Positions 52,139-61,079 of a stretch of DNA of 64,000 nt are shown here, piece by piece. The translations under genes were made by a program, and so were the position numbers. Source of the stretch: Gemmatimonadota bacterium (GTDB taxonomy: Bacteria; Gemmatimonadota; Gemmatimonadetes; Palauibacterales; Palauibacteraceae); the NCBI GenBank assembly GCA_963666735.1, contig OY762926.1:3488001-3552000 (forward strand). The letters are read 5' to 3'. Under the pieces are notes generated by a model. The model did not search any database, was not told the DNA's origin, and worked only from the letters and a program-made list of their open reading frames with translations. The stretch's first letter is position 1, and each line of letters starts with the position of its first letter.

Positions 52139-53497
52139 TCAGGGTTGCTGGTCGAGCCTCCGGCCGAGGAGGGCCTCGATCGTTGCGACCGCGGCTTCGT
52201 AGTCGAAGCGCCGTGAGACGAGATCGATCTCCGACTGCGTGAACGTGATCTGCGCGTCCTGGAGCTCGAGAATGGTGGCGAGCCCGAGCTGGTAGCGCTC
52301 CTGGACGACCCGGAGGCTTTCCTCGCTGAGTTCGACGTTCTGCTCCGCCAAGTCCACGCCCGCGAGCGCGGACTGCGCCGTCGCGTAGCGCGCGTCGAGC
52401 AGCGAGCTGAGGTTCAGCCGCGCCGCCCGTTCGGCCTGCCGGGCCTGGTCGGCCGTGGCCTGGGCGCGGAACACCTGAGTCTCGCGCTGGAAGCCGTTGA
52501 AGAGGGGATAACTGCCGGTGAGTCCGATCGACCACGAACGGTTGGAGGGCGGGAACTCCTGATTCGCCCACCCGTAGCCGCCATTGAGGGAGATGGTCGG
52601 CAGGTAGCTGGAGCGCGCACCCGACACCGCCGCCTCCGCCGCCTCGACGGCCACGGAGGCCGCCTGAAGCCCGGGAGCCGAGACATCGGCGATGGCAAAC
52701 AACTCGTCACGCGTAAAGGGGATCTCGGTCACGGCGAGTTCCGCCTCGGCGGTCGGCCCCACGAGGGTCTCGGAGCCGATGACCTCGGTGAGCTCGAAGG
52801 TCCGGGTGCGCGCGTTGTTCCGGGCGTTCAGCAGCGCGAGTTGCGCGTTGTTGAGGTCGACCTGCGAGCGGAGGGAGTCCGAGCGCGTCGCCCGTCCCAG
52901 CTCCAATTGCTGCCTGACGAACTCGAGCTGGTCCGCCTGCCGCTGCACGCGGCGCTCCTCCACGGCGACGAGGTCGCGAGTGGCGACGGCCGCCGCGTAG
53001 GCCTGTTTCACCGCCTGCATGACCTGGAACTCGGCCTCGCGATAGCGCGCGTTCTGTTCGACCACGCCGAGGCGGGCGCTCTTCAGGTTCGAGAATCGGC
53101 CCCAGCCGTCGAAGAGCGTGTAACCGGCGTTGATCCGCGTGGAGTAGCTCGTTGCGGCGAAGCCCTGGTTGAGGGCATCAAGACGGCCCGTGGAGGAGTT
53201 CGAGTAGCTGAACGAAGCGCTCACTCCGGGGAGGAGCGCCCCATAGGCGCTCAGCCGGTTGTGCTCGGCCATCTCGATCGCCGAGAAGGCCTGGAGCAGC
53301 CCGGGGTTGCGGCGCAGCGCGATCTCGACGGCTTCGTCGACCGTGATCTGGCGAGCGTTGTCGCTCGCCTGCACCTGCGCCTCGGCCATCCCCGGCGAAA
53401 CCGCCGCAAGCAGCACCGCCGGCAGCAGGACCCACCCCCACCGACAAAGACCGGCTCTCGGCCGGCCTCCGCACCCTGATCTATGTCTAATGGTCAT
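52139..53497 (-). CDS. TolC-family outer membrane protein
   Basis: Signal peptide and two OEP repeats (ALRRNP, YLPTISL, YPLFNG, ERYQLG). Confidence 0.9.
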   Translation of the reverse strand: MTIRHRSGCGGRPRAGLCRWGWVLLPAVLLAAVSPGMAEAQVQASDNARQITVDEAVEIALRRNPGLLQAFSAIEMAEHNRLSAYGALLPGVSASFSYSNSSTGRLDALNQGFAATSYSTRINAGYTLFDGWGRFSNLKSARLGVVEQNARYREAEFQVMQAVKQAYAAAVATRDLVAVEERRVQRQADQLEFVRQQLELGRATRSDSLRSQVDLNNAQLALLNARNNARTRTFELTEVIGSETLVGPTAEAELAVTEIPFTRDELFAIADVSAPGLQAASVAVEAAEAAVSGARSSYLPTISLNGGYGWANQEFPPSNRSWSIGLTGSYPLFNGFQRETQVFRAQATADQARQAERAARLNLSSLLDARYATAQSALAGVDLAEQNVELSEESLRVVQERYQLGLATILELQDAQITFTQSEIDLVSRRFDYEAAVATIEALLGRRLDQQP

Positions 53498-53538
53498 CGT
53501 TTCCTCGCCCCCGGAGGGGGCCGGTTGACGTCTCTCTG

Positions 53539-54003
53539 TTATCCGTCGTTCCGCTGCGGGTCGTCGCGCCCCTGGGACTCCCGCTCACCGCCGCGCTCTC
53601 GCCCGTCGCCGTAGCGTTGTCGCAGCAACTCCCGATAGTCCTCACCCTGCTCCTCCGTCAGCACCGACTCGATCCGGGTCCGGACCGAATCCATCAACGT
53701 CCGGTAGCCCCCCCGCATCGTCCGCACTCCGTCGCGGTAGTGATCGAGGAAGTTCTCGATCTGCGACCGCTGGTCGGCCGTCAAGCCAAGTTCATCGGCG
53801 AACTGCTCGATCGTGGTCTGCCGCCCCCGCGGTCCGCCATCGCGCTCCCGCGTCTCCGAGGGCGCAGTCTGCGCCACCGGTTCGCCCGCGACTGCGTCCG
53901 CGAACAGATCGAGGCGGTCCGCCGCCACGCCGACCGCGGCGCCCGCCGCGAAGACGAGCGCGAGGAGCAGGATCGCCCGCAATCTCGAAGTGTCCATACG
54001 CAC
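53539..54003 (-). CDS. Spy/CpxP-like periplasmic accessory protein
   Basis: LVFAAGAAVG anchor, ELGLTADQR and VLTEEQ motifs. Confidence 0.7.
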   Translation of the reverse strand: MRMDTSRLRAILLLALVFAAGAAVGVAADRLDLFADAVAGEPVAQTAPSETRERDGGPRGRQTTIEQFADELGLTADQRSQIENFLDHYRDGVRTMRGGYRTLMDSVRTRIESVLTEEQGEDYRELLRQRYGDGRERGGERESQGRDDPQRNDG

Positions 54004-54028
54004 CCGGTTCGTGTCGCGTTTCAGCGAG

Positions 54029-54439
54029 TTACGGATTGATGAGCGCGGCCGTCAGCACCGCGTCGCGACTCGGCTCGACCAGGTCGATGAGCAGCGCGGG
54101 CGGGGCTTCGGCGTCTGCCGCCAGCGACCGCACCAGCCCGACCGGCTCCGGATCCGCGTCCGCGGCGAACTCGGGCGCGTCCGGCACGGAGATGCGGTAC
54201 AACAGAGCGCCAGCCGCCACGAGCAGTCCGGCGGCCAGCGGCGCCAGCGCCGCGGACCAGCTTGCCGTCACGTCGAGCCAGGAGAGGGGCCGCCGCTCGA
54301 GCAGCGCTTCCGCCGCGGCCATGACGCTCCGGCGCACGCGCCGCCGCGTGAGTTCATCGGGCCGCAGGGGCTCGAGGTATTCGGCCCACGCAGGCCCGCG
54401 CCCGCCGTTCCGATTTCCATCTCTCCTATTCATCCTCAT
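54029..54439 (-). CDS. Putative anti-sigma factor (single TM)
   Basis: Overlaps the ECF sigma stop; one hydrophobic segment. Confidence 0.6.
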   Translation of the reverse strand: MRMNRRDGNRNGGRGPAWAEYLEPLRPDELTRRRVRRSVMAAAEALLERRPLSWLDVTASWSAALAPLAAGLLVAAGALLYRISVPDAPEFAADADPEPVGLVRSLAADAEAPPALLIDLVEPSRDAVLTAALINP

Positions 54440-55085
54440 CTGCTCCTCCGGCGCCGGACGCGCCCGCTTCGCCGAGAATCCGGCGCAGCGCGTGCCTGCC
54501 GTGATGAAGGTTCGCCCTCGAAGTTCCGACCGCGATCCCGAGGATCTTCGCAATCTCCGCGTGGTCGTAGCCTTCGAGGTCGTACATCATGACCGCCGTT
54601 CTCTGCCGTTCCGGAAGCTGCGCGAGCGCGTCGAGCACCCGTTCCCGAGCGTGCCTCCGCTCGAATTCACGATGCGGGTCATCCCGCGACGCCGCCGTGT
54701 CCGTCAGCTCCGAGTGCGTCCGCAGCAACTCACGCCGCCGGAGGTTGAGGCACGTACTCCGCAGCACGCGATAGAACCACGGACCGAAACGGCTTCCCGG
54801 CCGCAACTGCCCGATCCGCTCGAGCGCGCGAATGAACGCGGCCTGCAGGGCGTCTTCCGCGTCCTGCTCGTGGCGCAGAATCGACAGCGCCACCGCGTAG
54901 GCCGGGTCCGTGTATCTCGTCACGAACAGCGAAAACGCCCGCGAGTCGCCGGCCTGCACGGCCTCGACGAGGCCAGGCTCGTCCGCGCCGGGATCCGGCG
55001 GCTCCGCAGGTCCGGAACCGGGGCCGGCCGAGTCGACCGGCGATCCGTTCCGCGTTCGCGTTTCCTCCGCCAAAGACATCCCCAT
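54426..55085 (-). CDS. ECF RNA polymerase sigma factor
   Basis: GDSRAF, DAEDALQ, FGPWFYR, LPERQR, EIAKILGIAVGTSR. Confidence 0.92.
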   Translation of the reverse strand: MGMSLAEETRTRNGSPVDSAGPGSGPAEPPDPGADEPGLVEAVQAGDSRAFSLFVTRYTDPAYAVALSILRHEQDAEDALQAAFIRALERIGQLRPGSRFGPWFYRVLRSTCLNLRRRELLRTHSELTDTAASRDDPHREFERRHARERVLDALAQLPERQRTAVMMYDLEGYDHAEIAKILGIAVGTSRANLHHGRHALRRILGEAGASGAGGADEDE

Positions 55086-55093
55086 CGCTTGAG

Positions 55094-55121
55094 TAACACG
55101 CCCTCGATGCCGGCCGTTGCA
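55094..55121 (-). promoter_or_regulatory. Candidate ECF-type autoregulatory promoter
   Basis: On the minus strand TGCAAC-N15-CGTGTTA immediately upstream of the sigma start; AAC/CGT are typical ECF cores. Confidence 0.45.
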
Positions 55122-55186
55122 CCGGCTCCCGCCGGCGTTTGCCCCGGCGCTTGTTCCTTCACCGTGGCCGTCGCATCTTCGGCTCC

Positions 55187-55735
55187 GTGAACAACGAAAC
55201 GCAAGCCCGGCCCGCCGCCGCCGAAACGCCCGACCGAGCCCACGCTCTGGCCGGCCGAACGCTCATCCAGGAACGCATGCGCGGCATGCGAAAAGTCGTG
55301 GGGCGGAGGCTCTCGCCCCGTGACATCGTCCTCAGGAAGGCGTCTCCCGAAGTGCGGCGCCATCTCTTCGAGGAAGCGTGCGAGCTGTACTGGAACGAGA
55401 TGAGCTGGGAGGAGATCACCGAAGAGGAACTCATCGGAGACGAGGAACTCACGGAGATGATCTTCCCCGGGCTGCTCGCGCTCATCGACGCGTTTCTTCC
55501 CCGGGCTCCGAACGGGGAGCCGGACCGCGACCGCGAGCACCGCGAGGTCGTACACGACTTTCTGGATTGGCTGGCCGCCCGGCTCGTGACGCTGCGCGAG
55601 GCGCGACCCGCCGCCGAGGATGCGCGGGCGCGGAACCTCCGCCAGAAGAACGTGACCGACGCCCTCATCGACCTCGTCGCGTTTCGCGCGTGCGCACTGA
55701 CTTCCGACGAGATCGAGACCTACCAGAACGCCTGA
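55187..55735 (+). CDS. Hypothetical protein
   Basis: Helical, acidic protein-like ORF upstream of etfB; start uncertain. Confidence 0.7.
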   Translation: MNNETQARPAAAETPDRAHALAGRTLIQERMRGMRKVVGRRLSPRDIVLRKASPEVRRHLFEEACELYWNEMSWEEITEEELIGDEELTEMIFPGLLALIDAFLPRAPNGEPDRDREHREVVHDFLDWLAARLVTLREARPAAEDARARNLRQKNVTDALIDLVAFRACALTSDEIETYQNA

Positions 55736-55756
55736 TTCCCTTCGAAGACAAGACGG

Positions 55757-56506
55757 ATGAATACGATCGTCTGCATGAAACGCGTGCCGGACTCGGCCAC
55801 GAGGGTGAGAGTGACGCCCGACGGCGCGGGACTGGACCCGGCCGGCGTCAAGTACGTCGTGAACCCGTACGACGAGTTCGCGCTTGAGGATGCGATCCGC
55901 CGCAAGGAAGAGGCGGGGGAAGGGAAGGTGACGGTCGTCGCGCTCGGCCCCCCCGAGACCGCCGAATCGATCCGCCAGGCGCTCGCGATGGGGGCGGATG
56001 AGGGCGTGCTGCTCGTGTGCGCGGGTTCGCACGACGCGCTCTCCGTGGCGCGGGCGCTTGCTGATGAGATCCGGGACCGCGAGGTCGATCTCGTGCTGTT
56101 CGGGAAGCAGGCGATCGATGACGACAACATGCAGATCCCGCAGATGGTGGCCGAGTTCCTGGACCTCCCGTGCGCGACCGTCGTCGTCGGCCTCGAGATC
56201 GCGGGAAGGGAGGCGATGGCGCGCCGCGAGGTCGAAGGCGGTCACGAGGTCGTCGAATTCTCGCTGCCCGCCGTCGTGTCCACGCAGAAGGGGCTCAACG
56301 AGCCGCGGTATCCGAGCCTCAAGGGGATCATGGCGGCGAAGAGGAAGCCCCTCGAGGAACGGGAAGTGACGCTCGACGCGCCGACCATCGATTTCATCCG
56401 CCTCGACGAACCGCCGGCGCCGGCCGCGGGCCGGATCGTCGGAGAGGGCGTGGGCGCCGTGCCGGAACTGGTGCGGGCGCTGCGCGACGAAGCGGGGGTG
56501 CTCTGA
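55757..56506 (+). CDS. etfB: Electron transfer flavoprotein beta subunit
   Basis: CMKRVPD, NPYDEFALE, GKQAIDDD, NEPRYPSLKGIM. Confidence 0.95.
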   Translation: MNTIVCMKRVPDSATRVRVTPDGAGLDPAGVKYVVNPYDEFALEDAIRRKEEAGEGKVTVVALGPPETAESIRQALAMGADEGVLLVCAGSHDALSVARALADEIRDREVDLVLFGKQAIDDDNMQIPQMVAEFLDLPCATVVVGLEIAGREAMARREVEGGHEVVEFSLPAVVSTQKGLNEPRYPSLKGIMAAKRKPLEEREVTLDAPTIDFIRLDEPPAPAAGRIVGEGVGAVPELVRALRDEAGVL

Positions 56507-57489
56507 TGCCCGGGGCGCTGGCGTACGCCGAGATCCGGGCAGGCGCGGTGAGCCGGGCTTCGCGGGAGGCGGTCGGGCTCGCGCGGCGGATCGCCGCCGA
56601 CGTCGGAGGGGAGACCCACGTCGTCGCGCTCGGTCCTCCCGGAACGGAGGAGGCGGCCGCGCAACTCGCCGGCTTCGGCGCCGACCGCACCTGGGTCGGC
56701 GAGTCGGAGGCTCTCGCGCTGTGTCAGCCGGACATCGCCGCGGCGGCCATTGCCCGGCTCGTCGAGGCGGGGGACTACGACGCCGTGATTTTCGCGGCTA
56801 CCGCTCAGGGGAGAGACATCGCCCCCCGCGTCGGCGCGCGGCTCGGGCGGAGCGTGGCCTCGGAAATCATCGAGTGCCGGCGGGAGGACGGCGCCATCGT
56901 CGTGCGTCGGCCCATGTACGCCGGGAAAGCGATCGCGACCCTTCGCTTCACCCCGGGCCCGGCCGTGATGACGATCCGGGCCAACGTCTTCGCGCCGGTC
57001 GAGGAGGGCGCGGCGGGGGAGATGTCGAGCCTGGATATCGAGAGCTTCGACGGCCGGGCGCGGACGGCCGCCCTCGAGCAGGGGGACCGCGACCGCCTCG
57101 ACGTGAGCGAGGCGACGACCATCGTTTCGGGCGGCCGCGGGATGCAGGGGCCGGAGCACTGGCTGCTGCTCGAGGCGCTGGTTGAAGCGCTGGGCGACGA
57201 GGCGGCGCTCGGCGCGAGCCGGGCGGTGGTGGACGCGGGCTGGCGGCCGCACGGCGAGCAGGTGGGCCAGACCGGCAAGACCGTGTCGCCAAACCTGTAC
57301 TTCGCGGTCGGGATCAGCGGAGCGATCCAGCACCTGGCCGGGATGCGCACGGCCAAGGTCATCGTGGCGATCAACCGCGATGCGGACGCGCCGATTTTCG
57401 GGGTGGCGGACTACGGTCTCGTGGGGGACGTGTTCGAGGTGCTGCCCGCGCTCACGCAGGCGGTTCGCGAAGCCCGCCAGGGCGATTGA
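56506..57489 (+). CDS. etfA: Electron transfer flavoprotein alpha subunit
   Basis: SGGRG, GASRAVVD, QVGQTG, GISGAIQHLAG. Confidence 0.95.
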   Translation: MPGALAYAEIRAGAVSRASREAVGLARRIAADVGGETHVVALGPPGTEEAAAQLAGFGADRTWVGESEALALCQPDIAAAAIARLVEAGDYDAVIFAATAQGRDIAPRVGARLGRSVASEIIECRREDGAIVVRRPMYAGKAIATLRFTPGPAVMTIRANVFAPVEEGAAGEMSSLDIESFDGRARTAALEQGDRDRLDVSEATTIVSGGRGMQGPEHWLLLEALVEALGDEAALGASRAVVDAGWRPHGEQVGQTGKTVSPNLYFAVGISGAIQHLAGMRTAKVIVAINRDADAPIFGVADYGLVGDVFEVLPALTQAVREARQGD

Positions 57490-57505
57490 GTCCGGATCGA
57501 CCGGC

Positions 57506-58546
57506 ATGAGTCTCCGGGCCGTACGCGAGGACATCGTGCGTTGGGCGAAGCAGGGCGATCCGATCGCCATGGCGACGCTCATCGCCGTGCGCCGTTCGGC
57601 TCCGCTGCCGCCGGGCGCGCGGTTCGCGATCTCGGCCGCCGGGGAGCTGAGCGGCTCGATATCGAGCGGGTGCGTGGAGGGCGACCTGCACGAACGGCTC
57701 TCCGCGCTGCTGGGCGGCGGCGCGCCGGCCTCCGTCACGTACGGGATCACGGACGAGATGGCCGCGGGCGTGGGCCTCTCCTGCGGCGGGGAGATCGACG
57801 TCCTGCTCGACCACTACGATCCCGGCGACCCCGTCTGGCACCGCCTCTGGCAGCTCCGGGAGGCCGGCGCCCCCGGCGTCCTCCTCACCGGCGCGGCGCC
57901 GCCCACGCGCTCGCGGCAACTCCTGCTCGAACCGAACCGGTCGCTGGGAACGCTCGGGTCCCCCGAACTGGACCGGGCGGCCCGTTCCCGCGCCGACGAT
58001 TGGCTCGGCCGGACCGACGCCCGGGCCGTCGAACTCGTGCGGGACGATCCGGACAGCCTCGTCTTCGTCGAATCCTTCGTCCCGCCGCCGCGGCTCGTCA
58101 TTGTGGGGGCGACCCCGATCGGGCATGCGCTGTGCGCCATGGCGCACCGAACTGGCTTCGAGGTCGTGGTCGTGGATCCGCGCGAGGCCTTCCTGCGGCC
58201 GGAGCGGTTTCCGGACGCCGCGTCGCTCGATCCGCGCTGGCCCGACGAAGCGATGGCCGCGCTCGATCTCGACCCCCGAACCAGCATCGTCATCCTCACG
58301 CACGACGAGAAGCTGGATGAGCCCGCGCTGGAGACGGCGCTCGCTTCCCGCTGCGGCTACATCGGTCTCCTCGGCGGACGCCGGACGCAGGAGCAACGTC
58401 GAGCGGCGCTTCTCGCGCGAGGACTGGACGAGGCGGCATGCGACCGCATCCACGGTCCGGTCGGGCTGCGTATCGGCGCCCGCTCGCCTGAGCAGATCGC
58501 TGTCTCCATCCTCGCGCAGCTCGTCGCCCTCGAACGGGCGCCCTGA
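57506..58546 (+). CDS. XdhC/CoxI-family Moco chaperone
   Basis: GSISSGCVE, GLSCGG, LTHDEKLD, YIGLLG, PVGLRIG. Confidence 0.9.
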   Translation: MSLRAVREDIVRWAKQGDPIAMATLIAVRRSAPLPPGARFAISAAGELSGSISSGCVEGDLHERLSALLGGGAPASVTYGITDEMAAGVGLSCGGEIDVLLDHYDPGDPVWHRLWQLREAGAPGVLLTGAAPPTRSRQLLLEPNRSLGTLGSPELDRAARSRADDWLGRTDARAVELVRDDPDSLVFVESFVPPPRLVIVGATPIGHALCAMAHRTGFEVVVVDPREAFLRPERFPDAASLDPRWPDEAMAALDLDPRTSIVILTHDEKLDEPALETALASRCGYIGLLGGRRTQEQRRAALLARGLDEAACDRIHGPVGLRIGARSPEQIAVSILAQLVALERAP

Positions 58547-58575
58547 CGCCCGCGCGGGGTCGCGCCGCGCCGATC

Positions 58576-59715
58576 TCAGTCGCGCGTGCGCCGGATCTTC
58601 CAGCGGTCCACCACGCGTCGCCCCCGCACGACCTCGAAGTAGTCGAAGTGAGCGACCGTGAGGCAGGCGTGATTCGGAAGGACCCGGACCCTCTCACCGA
58701 CGGCGAACCGCCCGGACAGGCGCCCGTGTTCCTGGCTCACCGAGGTCAGGCGATGGTCGCTCAGTGCTCCTCCCGGTGCTCCTCCCGGTGCTCCTCCGGA
58801 CGCGTCGCGGAAGAGGCGGCCGTAGTGAGGGGGGTCGTCCGGCCCCACATCCTTGGACAGGGCGAGCGCGCCACAGTCCGCGATCGCGCCGTCGGATCCG
58901 TCGCGCGCGGAGACGACCGTCGCGAGCACCGTGACGGCGCAGTCGCTCACCGCGCACGATCCCAGCCGCGTCTGCGTGTAATCGTAGAGCGCGTAGTTCC
59001 CCGGCCGCGCCTCGTCGATCCCCTCCAGCGTCGCGACGCGGCTCATGCCCGGAGTCGAGCCGAGCGAGAGCACCCCCGGCTCGATCCCCGCCGCGCGGAG
59101 CGCCCGCCCCGTTTCGACCATTGCGCGTCGCTCCTCCTCCGCCAGCGCGGCGATGGCGGAGGGCGAATCCGCGCCGTAGGTGTGGCCGGCGTGCGTCAGG
59201 CAGCCGCCCAGCGCGAGCCGGCCCGCGCGTGAGATCCGCCTTGCGATCTCGACGACCCGGCCGCCGTCGTACGGGATGCCGGAGCGCCCATAGCCACAGT
59301 CGATTTCCAGCCATACCGAAAAGGGGGTGCCCGCGGCCTCGAGCGCCTCGACGGCCGTGAGGGAGTCCACCGTCACGCCGAGTTCGATGCGCCGGGAGAG
59401 TGCCGCCGCCTCGTCGATCCGAGACAGGTTCAGCGGAAAAGCCCACAGGATGTCGCCGAAACCCGCCTCCGCGAAGACCCGGGCCTCCGCGAGCGTGGAA
59501 ACGGCGATGCCCGACGCCCCGCGCGATCGCTGGAGTTCGGCGATCTCCACGCATTTGTGCGTCTTCACGTGCGGGCGAAGCCGAACGCCGAGGGCGTCCG
59601 TGCGTTCCTGCATGGCCCGGAGGTTGTTCTCCAGGACATCGAGGTCGAGGATGAGCGCCGGAGTGGGGAGACCGAACAGGTCCGGCGCGTGGGTGGCAGC
59701 GTTCCCGGCGTTCAC
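58576..59715 (-). CDS. Fold-type III PLP enzyme (D-serine dehydratase / D-threonine aldolase-like)
   Basis: LRPHVKTHK, THAGH, GSTP, RPGNY, SQEHG, PNHAC. Confidence 0.88.
   Translation of the reverse strand: MNAGNAATHAPDLFGLPTPALILDLDVLENNLRAMQERTDALGVRLRPHVKTHKCVEIAELQRSRGASGIAVSTLAEARVFAEAGFGDILWAFPLNLSRIDEAAALSRRIELGVTVDSLTAVEALEAAGTPFSVWLEIDCGYGRSGIPYDGGRVVEIARRISRAGRLALGGCLTHAGHTYGADSPSAIAALAEEERRAMVETGRALRAAGIEPGVLSLGSTPGMSRVATLEGIDEARPGNYALYDYTQTRLGSCAVSDCAVTVLATVVSARDGSDGAIADCGALALSKDVGPDDPPHYGRLFRDASGGAPGGAPGGALSDHRLTSVSQEHGRLSGRFAVGERVRVLPNHACLTVAHFDYFEVVRGRRVVDRWKIRRTRD
58764..58799. repeat. In-frame 12-bp tandem repeat x3 (encodes GGAP repeats)
   Basis: GTGCTCCTCCCG x2 followed by GTGCTCCTCCGG. 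Confidence 0.9.
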
Positions 59716-59912
59716 GCACCCAAGGTAGTTGGGGGATCACGGTTCCGCTAAGTTGGAACCGCCGATCCTGCTCAGGAATGAAGAGGATCGCGGGCCGATG
59801 GCGGATCGAGTGACCGCAAAGCCGTAGGGGTCGTCTTATTCACGAAGAGAAGATCTTTCGGATCGGGCCGGAAGGTCGGGTTCCGGATGATGAACCGAGC
59901 GACGCGGAGGTC

Positions 59913-60428
59913 GTGACCGCCGTACTGGAAGGCGATCGCGAGGCGTACGGGGTTCTCGTGCGCCGGTACAAGGACGTGCTGTACCGCTACGCGGAGCGCA
60001 TGACCGGACGCGCGGACGACGCGGCGGATATCGTGCAGCGCACGTTCATCCGCGGCTTTCGGAGCCTCGACCGCTGCCGGGATCGGGAACGGGTGGGAGG
60101 CTGGTTGTTTCGGATTGCCGTCAACCTGTGCAAGGATCAGTTGAAGGGGCGGGCGCGGCGAGAGGTGTCGCTGGAGGCGGCCGGCCCCCTCACGGCGACG
60201 CGAGGCCTTCCCGAGGCACGCGCCGAACGGGCGGAAATACGGGAGCAGATTTACCGCGCCTTGCAGTCGCTGAGCGACGAGCAGCGTGAAGCCTTCGTCC
60301 TCAAGCACGTCGAGGGCTGGTCGTACGAAGAGATGTCGGAGAGACTTGGAGCTTCGGTGTCCGCGTTGAAGATGCGGGTCCATCGGGCTCGGGATCAGTT
60401 ACAGGTGCTGTTAGAGAACTACCGATGA
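59913..60428 (+). CDS. ECF RNA polymerase sigma factor (start uncertain)
   Basis: GDREAY, DAADIVQ, WLFRIAVN, LSDEQREAF, SYEEMS, KMRVHRAR. Confidence 0.92.
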   Translation: MTAVLEGDREAYGVLVRRYKDVLYRYAERMTGRADDAADIVQRTFIRGFRSLDRCRDRERVGGWLFRIAVNLCKDQLKGRARREVSLEAAGPLTATRGLPEARAERAEIREQIYRALQSLSDEQREAFVLKHVEGWSYEEMSERLGASVSALKMRVHRARDQLQVLLENYR

Positions 60429-61066
60429 ACGACGATCTGAAGCTGTACCTGGATGGAGAAATCGACCGTTCGGAACTCTCGCGGGAGCTTCGCGGGGACG
60501 CCGAACGGTGGGATGCCCTCCTTTCGGACGTGCGGGATTCGGGGGTGCAGCGAGCTCCTGTCGGACTCGAGTCGCGGGTCATGGCCTCGGTTCGCCAGGA
60601 GGGGCGTCGGCCGTTGTCGAGCCTCGTCGACTGGTGGGTGCATCCCCGCTCCGTGCGCGTCCGGCCGTGGCTGGGACTTGCGGCCGCCGCGGTGCTTGCG
60701 GCGTTCTTCCTCCTGCCGCGGGAGAATGTGTTCACCGAGCCGGCGGGGGCGGCGACCGCGCTCGTGGGCGAGGAAGTTCACTACGTGCAGTTCCGCTTCG
60801 AGGCGCCCGGCGCGGCGTCGGTCCACGTCGCGGGCGACTTCAACGACTGGCAGCCGGAGGTCGCGCTGGCCGATCCGTATGGGACCGGCGTGTGGACCGG
60901 GCGGGTGCAACTCCCGCCGGGCGTGCACAAGTACATGTTTCTCGTGGACGGCGAGACCTGGATCACGGATCCGCACGCGGAACGGTATGTGGAGGACGGT
61001 TACGGCAACCAGAACGCCGTGATCGCCATCACGGGCGGCGCGGGCGCCCGCTCGCTGGCCCCGTAG
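60425..61066 (+). CDS. Putative anti-sigma with single TM and C-terminal CBM48/AMPK-like glycogen-binding domain
   Basis: LKLYLDGE N-terminus, TM, then FRFEAPGAASVHVAGDFNDW, LPPGVHKYMFLVDGETWITDP, DGYG..N; ATGA overlap with the sigma gene. Confidence 0.82.
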   Translation: MNDDLKLYLDGEIDRSELSRELRGDAERWDALLSDVRDSGVQRAPVGLESRVMASVRQEGRRPLSSLVDWWVHPRSVRVRPWLGLAAAAVLAAFFLLPRENVFTEPAGAATALVGEEVHYVQFRFEAPGAASVHVAGDFNDWQPEVALADPYGTGVWTGRVQLPPGVHKYMFLVDGETWITDPHAERYVEDGYGNQNAVIAITGGAGARSLAP

Positions 61067-61079
61067 CCAGCCAGCACCC

